Source of the DNA: Selaginella moellendorffii
Taxonomy: Eukaryota > Plantae > Lycopodiophyta
Assembly (NCBI RefSeq): GCF_000143415.4
Contig: NW_003314264.1
Coordinates: forward strand, 3,419,710-3,483,709
DNA: 64,000 bases
Direction: 5' to 3'
In this document: piece by piece, positions 1-10,941 of the stretch
How the letters are laid out: each line of letters opens with the position of its first letter
Numbering within the stretch: position 1 is the first letter of the stretch
Notes under the pieces: model-generated
What the model saw: the letters and a program-made list of their open reading frames with translations, nothing else
Database searches by the model: none
Told to the model about the DNA's origin: nothing
Translations under genes and position numbers: made by a program

Positions 1-694
1 GGAGATGGAGCCGCAGGGATTCAAGCCGGAGCTCGTCACACTCGTCAACCTCCTCACCGCGAGCTGCTGCTTGGGCGATTTGAGCCGGGGGAAAGCAATG
101 CATTCCCGGATAATCGACGACAAGCTGGAGCTCACGCTCGTTGCCGAGAACGCCATCGTCAACATGTACGCCAAGTGTGGGAGCCTCGCGCAGGCGAAGC
201 TCGCGTTCGATGGGATGATCCACCCGAGGGACGTGATCAGCTGGAACGCGATCATAGCTGGGAATGCCGAGAACGGTGGCACCGAGACCTCGCTCCAGCT
301 CGCCAAGGACATGGTTCTCGACGGCGTGGCGCCCGACGCGACGACTTTCACCTGCGTGCTGCTGTGCTGCAGCCATGGAGGGCGGCTGGAGCAAGGTAGG
401 AGCTACTTCCTCTCCATGGTTTCGGATTTCCAGCTCTCACCATCGTCTGCGCATTACCAGAGCCTGATCGATCTGCTGGGACGGGCCGGGCGGCTCGAGG
501 AAGCGGAGGAGCTTATGAGCGTGATGCCATACCAGCCAGGAGTTGCGGGAGTGCGAGCTTACCTGGGGGCCTGCCGGACGCACTTTGACGAGGAGAGAGG
601 ATCGTCTGCTGGAGAGCTCGCCTGGGAGATGTACCCCGACGATCCCTCCAGCTACGTCCTCACGTCAAACATCGTTCGCAATACCGCGGTATGA
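1..694 (+). CDS. PLS-class PPR protein with E domain, 3' part only (begins before the window)
   Basis: NAIVNMYAKCGSL..AFDGM..RDVISWNAIIAG, CSHGG, HYQSLIDLLGRAGRLEEAEEL..MPYQP, YLGAC, SSYVLTSN are terminal PPR and E-domain motifs; stop at 692-694. Confidence 0.9.
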   Translation, partial: EMEPQGFKPELVTLVNLLTASCCLGDLSRGKAMHSRIIDDKLELTLVAENAIVNMYAKCGSLAQAKLAFDGMIHPRDVISWNAIIAGNAENGGTETSLQLAKDMVLDGVAPDATTFTCVLLCCSHGGRLEQGRSYFLSMVSDFQLSPSSAHYQSLIDLLGRAGRLEEAEELMSVMPYQPGVAGVRAYLGACRTHFDEERGSSAGELAWEMYPDDPSSYVLTSNIVRNTAV

Positions 695-769
695 TCCTCT
701 CAAAGATCTTTCTTTTCTTTTTTGATGGAAGTCTTTGCCTCAATCCTGGCAGAAGAAAAACTCTGGATA

Positions 770-1555
770 TCATCTCGAGAGCTCTTCCTGGTGGCGATGA
801 AAGTGGTCATCGACTATGGCATCAAGTAGCGGTTCCACAAGCCCTCCGGAATCGCTATCTAGCAAAGCGCCCATTGCCACAGACTTGTGGGGAGCCGTGT
901 CATACATCTCCTTGGCATGCGTTGCCCAGCCATGGCTAACCAGAGCTCCTATCCAAACAACGTACGCCGCATTCCCGTGGAGAGGCATCAGCCGAAACGC
1001 TTCGCTCGCTTCGTCCACAAGTCCATTGCGAGCGTAGCCACGCAGCAGCACTGTCCACAAGATCGAGTTTCGCTCACGGTTGCTGTCAAAGACCATCTTT
1101 GCCTGTTCCATGGCGCCCGCCTTCGCATAAGTATCAACCATAGCCGCCAACTTTGCAGTAGCGTGTGCCCGCGGTATGTTTTCCAGGACGCTAGTGTCCC
1201 ACTCGGGCATCTTGGCGAAAACGTTTCGAGCATCTTCGTCCTGCCCGGCTCTCGCCAGAGCCGCGAGGATCGTGTTCCAGGACACTACATCCCTCTTCCC
1301 TTCCATCCTCTCGAAGCAATCCATGGCTTCCGGGACGCGGCCACACTTGGAGTAGCAACTCAGGAGCGCGTTCCACGCGACAGTGTCGACTTCTCGCGAG
1401 GGGATCCGATCGAACGCCGCCTTTGCATCCTCGGGCTTGCACTGCTCCGCATAGCTTCCAATCATAGCTAATCCCTCTTCCTTGGTGTTCTTGAGCGAAA
1501 TATTTACGCCAGAGCCATAGAGAATTTTACTTACCAGATTCATTAGTTTATTCAT
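770..1555 (-). pseudogene. Truncated, internally deleted PPR paralog of the 22133-24799 gene
   Basis: AEQCKPEDAKAAFDRI..REVDTVAWNAL..MPEWDT is near-identical to the 22133-24799 protein; about 45 aa are missing after WDT; no homologous N-terminus and no E/DYW end. Confidence 0.75.
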
Positions 1556-1741
1556 GTAGATTCTTGCAACTTGCCTCGCCGCCCTGAGGTACGATCACGC
1601 TCAAACGACCTGGATTAATAGCAGTACGATCACGATTGCAATGAACGGCCTGGATTGATCGTAAGCGACTGACGGTGTAGATCAATTTCAATTCATCTTT
1701 CTCCTGCGCGGAGCCAAATTTCCTTTCTTTCTTCTACCGCC

Positions 1742-3817
1742 ATGGAAGTTGTGATCGAATTTGGGAAGCACAAGGGCCAGAAGCTTGGAGAAATTCCTCT
1801 TGGCTATCTTCGCTGGGTATCGACTAAAATGGCGAACGAGAAGATCGGGAAGATCGCAATGGAAGCTCCCCGGCAGCGGCAGATCTCGACCCCATCGCGG
1901 GTGCCAGTAGAGCAACAATCGCCAGCGCCAGGTGATCTCTTGATCTCGATCCCAGGTGATCAAGATCATGAAATCCAGCTGCGCCGCGGGCGTCATGTCC
2001 AAGAACGCACAGGGGTCGTCGAATTCGCGAGCGTGGATCTGTGCGTCTCTGCACTGCGAGGCTTCAGCGGCGGGATCGTCGAAGCCCGGGTTCTGGAGGA
2101 GCGCGTCATCTCCAGCGCTAGAGTGTTCGCAGCAAATCGCCGCTACTTGTCCAACCTCCTGCTGCTCGCCTATGGCAAATGCGGCGGGGGCGTGAGCGAC
2201 GCAGTCCGGATCTTCACGGCGATGAGCAGCAAGGATCACTACTCGTGGAACACCATGCTCAAGGTCTTTCTCGACAACCATCTCTGGCTGGAAGCGGAGA
2301 GGCTCTTCAACGAGATGGCACCTGGAGTGGCCAACTGCATCGCTTGCACCGCGATGATCTCTCTGTATTCTTCGCAGGGGAGAGTGGCGGACGCTTGCGC
2401 AGCCTTCGATCGCATTCTTTCGCCGGACACGACTGCATGGAACGCCTTGATGGCGTGCTTCATGAGGAACGAGGTCTCCACTGATGCCCTCACTGCGTGT
2501 TTCGAGCGAATTCCCCACAAGGATCAAGTATCATGGAACCTTCTCCTTGCAGGGCTGGGGAGAGCTGGGCATCTCGCATTCCAGAAGATGCCCGTGTGGG
2601 ATTTGGTTGCCCTCAACACTTTGGTCGAGAAGAGGGGAGCTGCCGGCGAGAGGGCGAGAGAAGAATCGTGTGATCTGCGTGCCAGCGAGAAGGACATCGT
2701 CTCCTGGGCTCTCCTCCTGCGCGAGTATGCCCACAATGGGCAGCTCGAGGAGCTCGGCACCTGCTTTTTCAAGATGCCGTGCCACAACGAGGTGGTGGCA
2801 ACGCTGGTGCCATCCGCCTTTGGCAAGCAGGGATACGTGGAAGCGGCAAAGGCCGTGTTTGATCGAGTGCAGGGCTTTGGATCGTGGACCGCGCTCGTCA
2901 CGGCAAATTCCCACGCTGGAGAGCTTGGCGAGGCGGAAAAGGTTTTCTACCTCATGCCAATGTGGGGCATAGAATCGTCTACTGCGATTATGTCCGTGTA
3001 TGCAAGAAACGATGTGGTGGACAAGTGCGACTGGGTGTTTTCCGATCTCATGCAACACCGTGACGCCACCACCTGGACCGTGCTCATTGCCGCATATGCT
3101 CACTCAGGATATTATGTCTGCGCGCGTTCCGTTTTGGAGAGGATGCCGATGGCGGAGCTCACGAGCTGGAATGCAATGCTCAACTCGGAAAGAGAGGATC
3201 ATCTAATGGAACTGTTCAACGAAATGCCGGAGCGCGACATAAACTCCTGGACTCTCATGGTGTCTGCATTTGCCAAGCGCAGGGACATGTCTACTGCGCT
3301 GAAGCTTCTGGATCTGTGCCCGGCGTGGGCAGCCAGCGTCTGGAACGCGGTGATTTCTGGATATGGACGCCATGCTTGCGTTGAAGAGGCAGTGGGGACG
3401 TTTTTCAAGATGCTACTTGACGGTGTGGAGCCCGATTCCGTCACCTTCGTCTGTCTGTTGGGAGCGATGAGCTTTGCTGGAGATCTGGAGAAGGTGAGGG
3501 CATGGTTCCTGGTTCTGCGGGACTTTGATATTGAAGAGGAGAGGAGGCACTACTACTGTGTGATTGGTGCGCTTGCTCGAGCAGGCAGGGTGAGCGAAGC
3601 TGAAGAACTCCAGGAAGCCATGCCCTTCACTGCCGATACGGGCACCATGTTTGCTCTACTAAATGCGAGCAAGCTCGAGGGTGACCGTAAGGGTGCTTCG
3701 AAGGCAGCTCGGAAAGTGATGAGCCTGAAGTCAAGTAACACTGAAGTTGTCATGGCCAACATCTTGCTCAGTCACGCCAACAAAGGGCGCGTGACGTTCA
3801 GTTTTCGTGCTGGATGA
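1742..3817 (+). CDS. PLS-class PPR protein with degenerate E domain and an N-terminal FGKHKG..YLRW (DUF3820/ExoX-C-like) module
   Basis: 691-aa intronless ORF; starts MEVVIEFGKHKGQKLGEIPLGYLRWV; PPR repeats (DHYSWNTMLKVF, DIVSWALLLREYAHNG); HYYCVIGALARAGRVSEAEEL..MPF; no DYW. Confidence 0.85.
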   Translation: MEVVIEFGKHKGQKLGEIPLGYLRWVSTKMANEKIGKIAMEAPRQRQISTPSRVPVEQQSPAPGDLLISIPGDQDHEIQLRRGRHVQERTGVVEFASVDLCVSALRGFSGGIVEARVLEERVISSARVFAANRRYLSNLLLLAYGKCGGGVSDAVRIFTAMSSKDHYSWNTMLKVFLDNHLWLEAERLFNEMAPGVANCIACTAMISLYSSQGRVADACAAFDRILSPDTTAWNALMACFMRNEVSTDALTACFERIPHKDQVSWNLLLAGLGRAGHLAFQKMPVWDLVALNTLVEKRGAAGERAREESCDLRASEKDIVSWALLLREYAHNGQLEELGTCFFKMPCHNEVVATLVPSAFGKQGYVEAAKAVFDRVQGFGSWTALVTANSHAGELGEAEKVFYLMPMWGIESSTAIMSVYARNDVVDKCDWVFSDLMQHRDATTWTVLIAAYAHSGYYVCARSVLERMPMAELTSWNAMLNSEREDHLMELFNEMPERDINSWTLMVSAFAKRRDMSTALKLLDLCPAWAASVWNAVISGYGRHACVEEAVGTFFKMLLDGVEPDSVTFVCLLGAMSFAGDLEKVRAWFLVLRDFDIEEERRHYYCVIGALARAGRVSEAEELQEAMPFTADTGTMFALLNASKLEGDRKGASKAARKVMSLKSSNTEVVMANILLSHANKGRVTFSFRAG

Positions 3818-4402
3818 TTAGGAGAGGCACTAAAAATTCTGATAAGTTGAGTATATGATGCAAATTTTGCGTGGTTGAGAGTGTCGGGAGTCAAAATTTT
3901 GCGAGGGTCCAGAGTCAAAAATGATGCTGCTGTGAAACTTGGGTTGCCACTCTTGGCTGTCTATTCCCTGCTGAGAATTGAGATGCTGATACCAATCTCA
4001 CTTTCGAAAGCTGTTGCAAAAATTGTGCAGCTTCGACCTGGCTGTGTCTTTGTGAAGAATGGAGCTAATCTGGAGTTAGGAGCTGGTTTCAAGCTACAAA
4101 ATGCTATCTCGGCTGTCAGGAAAGTCGTGGAAAAATTCGTTAAATGAGGCTGAGAACCTCGCCAACTTCGTAGAATATTATCCCGCATTACTAAAATGTT
4201 GCATACAACTTCTTGGAATAAGAAAAATAAAGAGATCAGTCGTATTTCCACCGGATGACGAGTTGCAAGACGTAAGTTCCGTCCTTGCGATTTGCAAGCA
4301 CTTGTCGAGCTTCTGCTGATGGCACCACTGGGATTCTTCTCAGGGAGTACAGGGAGATAGCTAGAACGCACTGCCTCTGACCAAGAACGCGAGAACCATG
4401 AT

Positions 4403-5440
4403 CTACCTCTTAACCCACTGAAATCCCTTGCGAGCCTTTGCTCGTCCCGGCTTCTTTCTCTCCACGATTCTTGGATCCCTGGTAAGATAGCCACCTGCGA
4501 TTGCCAGAAAGATCAAAACAATCGCAACTCAAAGCAAAAGATTTTTACCTCGTCGTAGGGGAAGCCGGAGAGACGGATCAAAAAGCTGGATTGCTCGGCT
4601 GATGCCATGCCTCACAGCCCCTGCCTGCCCTGAATTCCAAGAAGAGAAGCAAATCAGTTCTTGCGAAGAATGTGACACGAAGAAACCAAGAGAAAATCCA
4701 GACCTGAGAGACCACCACCTCTCACGAGTGCTTTCACGTCAAACTTTCCCAGCGTGTTCGTCACGCAGAATGGCTCCAGTATGTGGACGCGATGATCCAG
4801 CTGCCTGAAGTAGAGATCGTGGCTCATCTTGTTCACCATGATGTTGCCACTCCCCTCCGAGAGCCACACACTGGCCTGGCTCGTCTTCCTCCCGCCTCGA
4901 GCATACGATCGCCCTTGATCGTCCACCACTCTCACTCTCGAGTCGGCCAACTTCTTGAGTCTCTGCATCTCAGCCACTCGCCGCTTCTCCTTGAGGCGCA
5001 TCTTGATCTCGTCCGGTGACAGCTCCTCCAGGATCGGTCGCTGCTCGTCGGGGAAATCCTCCGACTTGAACCAGCTGCTTAGCTCCGCGTCGGTCAGAGA
5101 CAAAGCCCCAAAGAGCTCTCCAAATGTGGGCTCTTTCTTCCCTGCACGATTGCATCCACTATCGATAAGAAATTCGATTAAGACGAACAAAAGAGAAATT
5201 CGACTCCCCAGAAGAAAGAAGAACGCGAACCCTTTCTAGGCTAGGAGACTCACCTCGCTTGGATTCCTGGGCCCTCCGGATGGTGTCCGTCTTGACATCC
5301 TGGATGATATCATCCAGCATCTCAATCTGGGCGTCGCGCTCCTCTTTCCCAGCATTGGCATCACTAGGCCGATCGCAGAAGTGCCGACATCCGGAGGAAA
5401 GCCGCCAGCGTCCATGCCTCCTCAGTGCCAGTCGCAGCAT
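4403..5440 (-). CDS. RPS9: Mitochondrial-type ribosomal protein S9 (4 exons: 5440-5254, 5141-4704, 4629-4549, 4494-4403)
   Basis: [63 protein letters not shown]; GT-AG introns restore frame; Arg-rich presequence-like N-terminus. Confidence 0.93.
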
Positions 5441-5450
5441 TAAACCCTAG
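5441..5450. promoter_or_regulatory. Telo-box (AAACCCTAG) abutting the RPS9 start codon
   Basis: taaaccctag at 5441-5450; telo-boxes are typical of plant ribosomal-protein gene 5' regions. Confidence 0.55.
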
Positions 5451-5649
5451 AGTTGCCTCAACAATGTAAGCATCTATTAGTCGAGGTAAAAGAGCCCGAA
5501 AGCTCGTGCACAACCTCGCTTTTTGTAAATGCCTGTAGAGCAAGTAGAATCGGTTAAAGTTTTCTTTTTTCCTGCCAAAATTCCTGATTTTGTGAAAGTC
5601 TTGCGGAAGAACCCTTAAAAAGTTGACAAACGATGGGGTTAGAGCTTGC

Positions 5650-6212
5650 AAAATTATCCACCTTTAGAAAGGAAATGATTCGCCATCGAAGGCGAGCAAA
5701 ACGTCGACCTTCTGTCAGAGGGTACATCTTGCTCACAAGAACACTGGTTTTTTCGAATCATCTTCAAGCTGCTTGTTTTCAGTTGTTTAGGCTTTTCATC
5801 TTTGTCTTTTCATCCCGTGCCACTCATCAAGCATTCTTTATGGTGTGCTAAACAATTTCAGCTTCTTTGCTTCAGCGTTGGAAAAGCCAAACCACTGTTT
5901 CTTGGATTAACAGCAGCTATAAGATGAAATCCACCATGGATGTACTGCACGGTCTCAACTCGCATCTAGTCACACGAATATTATTGTCACCTAGAATGAG
6001 TTAAGCAACGGGTGGAGGAAATGTAACATTTTTCTTACCTCAAGGATAACGTCCGCAACCACCCCGTGTGCATTGGTAAGGATTCTCCTGTAAGAGATCG
6101 CAAATCCTGGAGAAGGAAAAAAGACAAAAAGAGTTCAACTCAGAAGAATCGAAGCAAGGTAGGGTTGGATATTATGAAAATCTTGACAACACTGCTGATT
6201 AAGTCCTAAGGT
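5650..6212 (-). pseudogene. Deletion-eroded inverted copy of the DEG10-like protease gene
   Basis: Reverse complement contains ordered blocks matching about 12935-13950: cagtgttgtcaagattttca, tccaggatttgcgatc..acaggagaatccttac, gtgcagtacatccatggtgga, gctgttaatccaagaaacagtgg, gtgagcaagatgtaccctctgac; intron remnants retained. Confidence 0.85.
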
Positions 6213-6449
6213 CCTCCAGAAAAATGTGGCAAATGAATTTTAAGAGATAAACTGGTATGCAACTGCAAATCTATATAAAACATTATATAAATTATTGACC
6301 ATATTAATTGATAAAAATGGCATAGTTATGGATTAAATAATCATAATAGAATAAATATTCTAATTATTGAAAAATAATTAAAAAATTTCATGATACCAAA
6401 TATAACAACGCTTTAAATATCACTTCTATTATAAACTATAAAAGGAAAA

Positions 6450-9400
6450 AAAATCAATTGATATTAATATATTGTATTCATAATTTATTAAGATGGTTTT
6501 TCATTAAAAAAACTAGGTCTAATACCATATACTATTATTAGTATAGTGGAATTTTAGTCTATATGAAAATGGTTTCAATCTAGACCATTTGTTCTTGTAT
6601 ATATTGTAAGGTTTTTGGGTTAATTATATATACACATTTTTTTATTTCATAGACTCACGTAAATGTTCTCTAAGGAGTGATTGGATTTATACTTTTTATT
6701 TAAATTTAACGTTGCATTCTCTAAATCTTTTTTTCTTTTGTAGTTTTCTCATTCCTTAATTTTTGTTTTTGTTTTAATTAAATTTATCTTCTTGATTGAG
6801 GCCTGTGAGTCTCAAAAGGTTAATTGTGTATCCAAAAGCTTTGTCATAGGTTTTAAAATTTTGTATCACTTGTTGATAATTTGTTGTTCTAGCATTTACA
6901 TTCTTAATATCACATTAAAAACAATTATACTTACTTTGTAAAGACTAATTCTGCAGTTACTATTTATGGCTGGTGGTGCTTTTAATCTTCATTCAACACT
7001 TACTATGATTCTTCTATTTTAGGCAGATATATAGATCATTATGTGATTAAGAATTTATTTAGGTTTTTATATTGGTGAAGATCCAACATAATGTTGTCTG
7101 GTATATGCATATATTAAGCTCATGATATGTTGTAGAAAGTAAAAACTTGTAGAAGTCTTTCTGTTAATCAAAAATCCAATTTAATATCATTCAGTAAATA
7201 TATATTATAAGTAGCCAAAGAGAACAACTAGAGAAACAATCTATAAAAGTTTAAATATAGAAGGAAAAAGGCCCATAAATAAAAATGCACCTTTTTTTCA
7301 AATTAATTAAGGGTATTGAGATATTTAGGGTTAAGTGTTCTCATACTAAGCTAGACAACCTTCTGAGAAGTCTAAATTTATAAACTTACATTTGATATTA
7401 AAGGGGTATCAAATGTAACTCTATTAATTTGCTAGGGGAATCACCATATATTGAGATTGACATTTAATGGTTTAATTTGGTCCTGCTAGGCTTGATTCGA
7501 GGGGTAAGGTGTAAAGAGAGTGTAACTCTCAACTTCCATTTATAAGAACGTGAATTTATTTACAAGGAAGTATAGTGGATTAAGCAATGAAAGAAAACAA
7601 CTCAAGAAGCAATTTATAAGTGTTCAAATATAAAGGGGAAATGACCTATGAACAAAAATTACACTTCCATTTCCAAGCTTATAATATGTTATAAAGGATG
7701 GTGAGAGTGTGAGACATAAACCCCCTAAATCCCAAAGTAGAACCAAAAAAGTGCAATATGATAGTGGTTAAAGTGGAAGTTTAATAAGTGTAACGTGTTT
7801 GGACTAAAAGTTTCAATTTGGAAAGTTAAGAGTGGGAGTAGAACCCCGAACAAAGTGCTTGAGGAATGAACACAAAACAATCAATGAATGAATCTCTAAA
7901 AAGGGACCCAAAATACCTAAGATGGATCTGAGATAAAGTTCAAGATATAGTTTGATATAGACCCAAGATGGAGTCTGAGATGAACCTAAAATGGAGTTCG
8001 AAATGGATTTGAGATGGACCCAAAATGGAGTTCGAGATGATATCTGAGATGGACTCAAAATGGAATTTGAGATAGAGTCCAATATAGACCCGAAATGGTA
8101 GACCCAAGATAGTAGACTTGAGATGGAGTCTAAAATGGACCCAAGATAGAGTTCGAGGTCGAGTTCGAGACTGAGATTAAGACCAAGTCTAAGTCCAAGT
8201 CTGAGTTTGAGTCCAATTCCAAGTCCGAGTCTGAGTTTAAGGGTGAAAGCACAAAGCAATCATATCCTAAACCTTAGGGGGTTTGGTGAGCTCTAAAAGT
8301 GTAATAGGGGGAGGACTTTAGTGGAATTAATTTGGTTAGGAAAAGCTAATATGACCAAGGAATGCTATACTTATGTGGTGGGTGATAAGATAACTATTGA
8401 GGAATTCAAAGTTAAAGTGAACACAGATAGACAAATAGGATAATTTGGTGAAATGTTCATTAGTTGCCCCGGGAGATCAAATAATCAATGCTCCCAATCC
8501 AAGTGTGGGTGGCACTACTTACTTGGATACCTGATATAGTTTATCAAAACCTCACCCTAACCACATGGTTAAGGCACCCAAAGCTAGAAGGTGGAAAGAG
8601 TACCCATAAGGCTTGTGTTGGGCTATAGTGTTTCCAGAATGTGAAAAAGAAGAAGAGTAGTCCTCTTATGTAGTGATCAAGGATATAGTCATGTGGTAAG
8701 AAAGCCCTAGAAATTAATAAGACTTAGTGGTTGGGCCTTCAAACCTTAACTTAATGGTAGTGTTAGCAAGTATGGTTATGAATAAAAAGGGATTTAGTGG
8801 GGATCAAAGACAAGATATTGGGGAAGAGTGTTCTTATATATTCGGGCATTCTAAGGATCTTAAAGTGTGGTCATGAGATGACCATTCATGGATGAATGGT
8901 TTAATTTGTGGGAGAGAAGACATATAAATGCTTACCTTTTGCACTTAGTCTAAGTGCTCCACATGTTTGATCCCAACAAACACCCAAATGCATCATTAAC
9001 ATATTAGTCTACCCATGAAATGAGAAAAAGGTGAATAGATATAGTTTAAATGTAACGGCATAAATACCATATACAGGACTAATATGTCCCCAAATCAGGA
9101 ATATAATTTACAAAGGTTGTTAATAAGACTCTTTCAAGTGTGTGGTTAAGTGACTAAAGTAAAATAAAAAATTTAATTATTTACAGAGAGTTAATTGTAA
9201 TTTCTTATTTGTTTGAGTTAGTAGCATTTGATTTGATAGAGCCTTTTATATAGTCAATTTCTAGTAATAAGTATATCATTATTGCTTTTAATTACTTGAG
9301 TTATCAAGTGAAATTTAGTGTTTTTACTAGTGCATCTACAATAACGATTAAATACTTCTTCCTTAATCAAATAGTGTTTTGATATCTTTGTTAAGAGTGA

Positions 9401-10260
9401 ATGCTTTCCAATAATAATCTTGCATTTATCATCCAGAAATGGATGGTTCAGGGGAATGGCTCTTTAGAACTTTCAAAACGATGATAGAAAAATATATGAA
9501 CTTTTAGCATTTAGATTGAGATGGTTATTTATTATATCTTTAATACATATATATCATATAGGTGTAAAATTCTATTAGTGTTTACCATATAAATTCTTAT
9601 ATAATCATGATTTATATTCCTATTGGAGTTAAGTTTACATTCACAATTATTATAAACTGTTGATAATAAGTTCTAGAGTTAATATTTAATAAACATTCTT
9701 CTATTAATTTAAGTGGAGTTTATTGAGCACTTAGGCCATGTACAAGTAAGACAACAATGGCACTATAACTCTCATCATCATTCATATATAAAGTATAAAG
9801 TGGATGACTTAGTATTAATTTATTTTCCCAATTATAGAAAAATATATGATTTATCTAAAAGGGTCTTTACCTACTGAAAGGGACTATATCAAGTGTTGTA
9901 GCATTTGGCTATAACTTTATGAAATTTAACACAACATTTAACAACTCAATTCTCCAAAAATTATGTATATGTTGCAATTCAAGTGTTTTGTATAAAGGGA
10001 TTAGAAACAAATTACACCACCTACAAATCTATTAGTGCCTTTTCTTAATGTTTTTTTAAATCCTAAACTTTCAATTAAATTAGTCTTAATTGATTTCTAT
10101 TCTTCAAAGAGGAAGGGATGATAATTGCTATTCTTCAAAGAAGAAGAGATGATATAAAGTTTATATATACAACTATGATGCTTTATACTATTATTAGTAT
10201 AGTGAGAATTTAGTTGGTTTCAAGTTGGACCATTTTTTATATAAGTTATGGTTTTGAATA
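6450..10260 (+). mobile_element. Highly decayed Ty3/gypsy-like retroelement relic (boundaries approximate)
   Basis: About 9200-9930 translates, with stops and frameshifts, to a degenerate integrase: FELVAFDLIEPF..NKYIIIAFNYLS..FFLNQIVF..MLSNNNLAF..KYKVDDLVLIYFP..KGLYQVL; 21-bp direct repeat at 6528 and 10184, with purine tracts (about 10107-10150) before the second copy. Confidence 0.65.
7905..8242. repeat. Degenerate tandem repeat (GAGATGGACCCAAAATGGAGTTC-like units grading into hexamers)
   Basis: Repeated gagatgg/acccaa/gagttc units, then agtcta/agtcca/agtctg hexamers. Confidence 0.75.
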
Positions 10261-10941
10261 TGCATATTTTTATATTTCATGCACTTTAATTTTTATATTA
10301 TTTTATAATTTAAAAATTCTTAAAAGTTTGGAATAATTTACATTATATTGAAAGAAAAAATATTATAAAATTAGGTTTTACATTCTATTAACTATTAAAT
10401 ATTATGGAAATAAAAATATAATTTTAAAAAAAATACCAATTCTTAATAATTTATTTTAGGTATTCCAATAATTGGTAATTTAAGAGAAACATTTTGTTCT
10501 TTTATATGATAAAAATGAGAAAATTTGCTCTTTTTAATGTAATTTTTTATGTTACAGTGTTTATAAAGCAATATGTTCAAAAATATCAAAAATAGTTTTT
10601 TCTCAGCAAATTGCTTAAAAAAAGTTATAGTATTGACATAGGTAATTTCATTATAAAATTCTTTGCCCCATTTTTATGATAGTTTTATTTGTCATGTATA
10701 TATAAATAAAAGAAAATAAATAATCTATATAATTTTTGGAAAGTTTTTATTATTATTGTAAAACCTATAAATTAGTTTAAAGCATTTCTAATTCAATAAA
10801 ATAATGCCCATCAAGGCTTTTAACTGGTTTGATGTTTGATGTTACTATTAATGTATGTATATTCTTTTAATTTTGGCTTAAAAATCTTATTAAAATAAAA
10901 TAAAAATTCTTATTAACAATTGATATCAAACAAAAATTCGT

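Noticed and set aside
1742-1870. Bacterial contamination as the source of the FGKHKG motif
   Set aside because: The motif is in frame with plant PLS-PPR repeats in two diverged paralogs embedded among intron-containing genes
3875-4400. Short ORFs between the PPR and RPS9
   Set aside because: No recognisable homology or consistent gene structure; a decayed gene cannot be excluded
7813-8259. 148-aa LGL/LEL-rich ORF
   Set aside because: Product of a tandem repeat inside a TE relic
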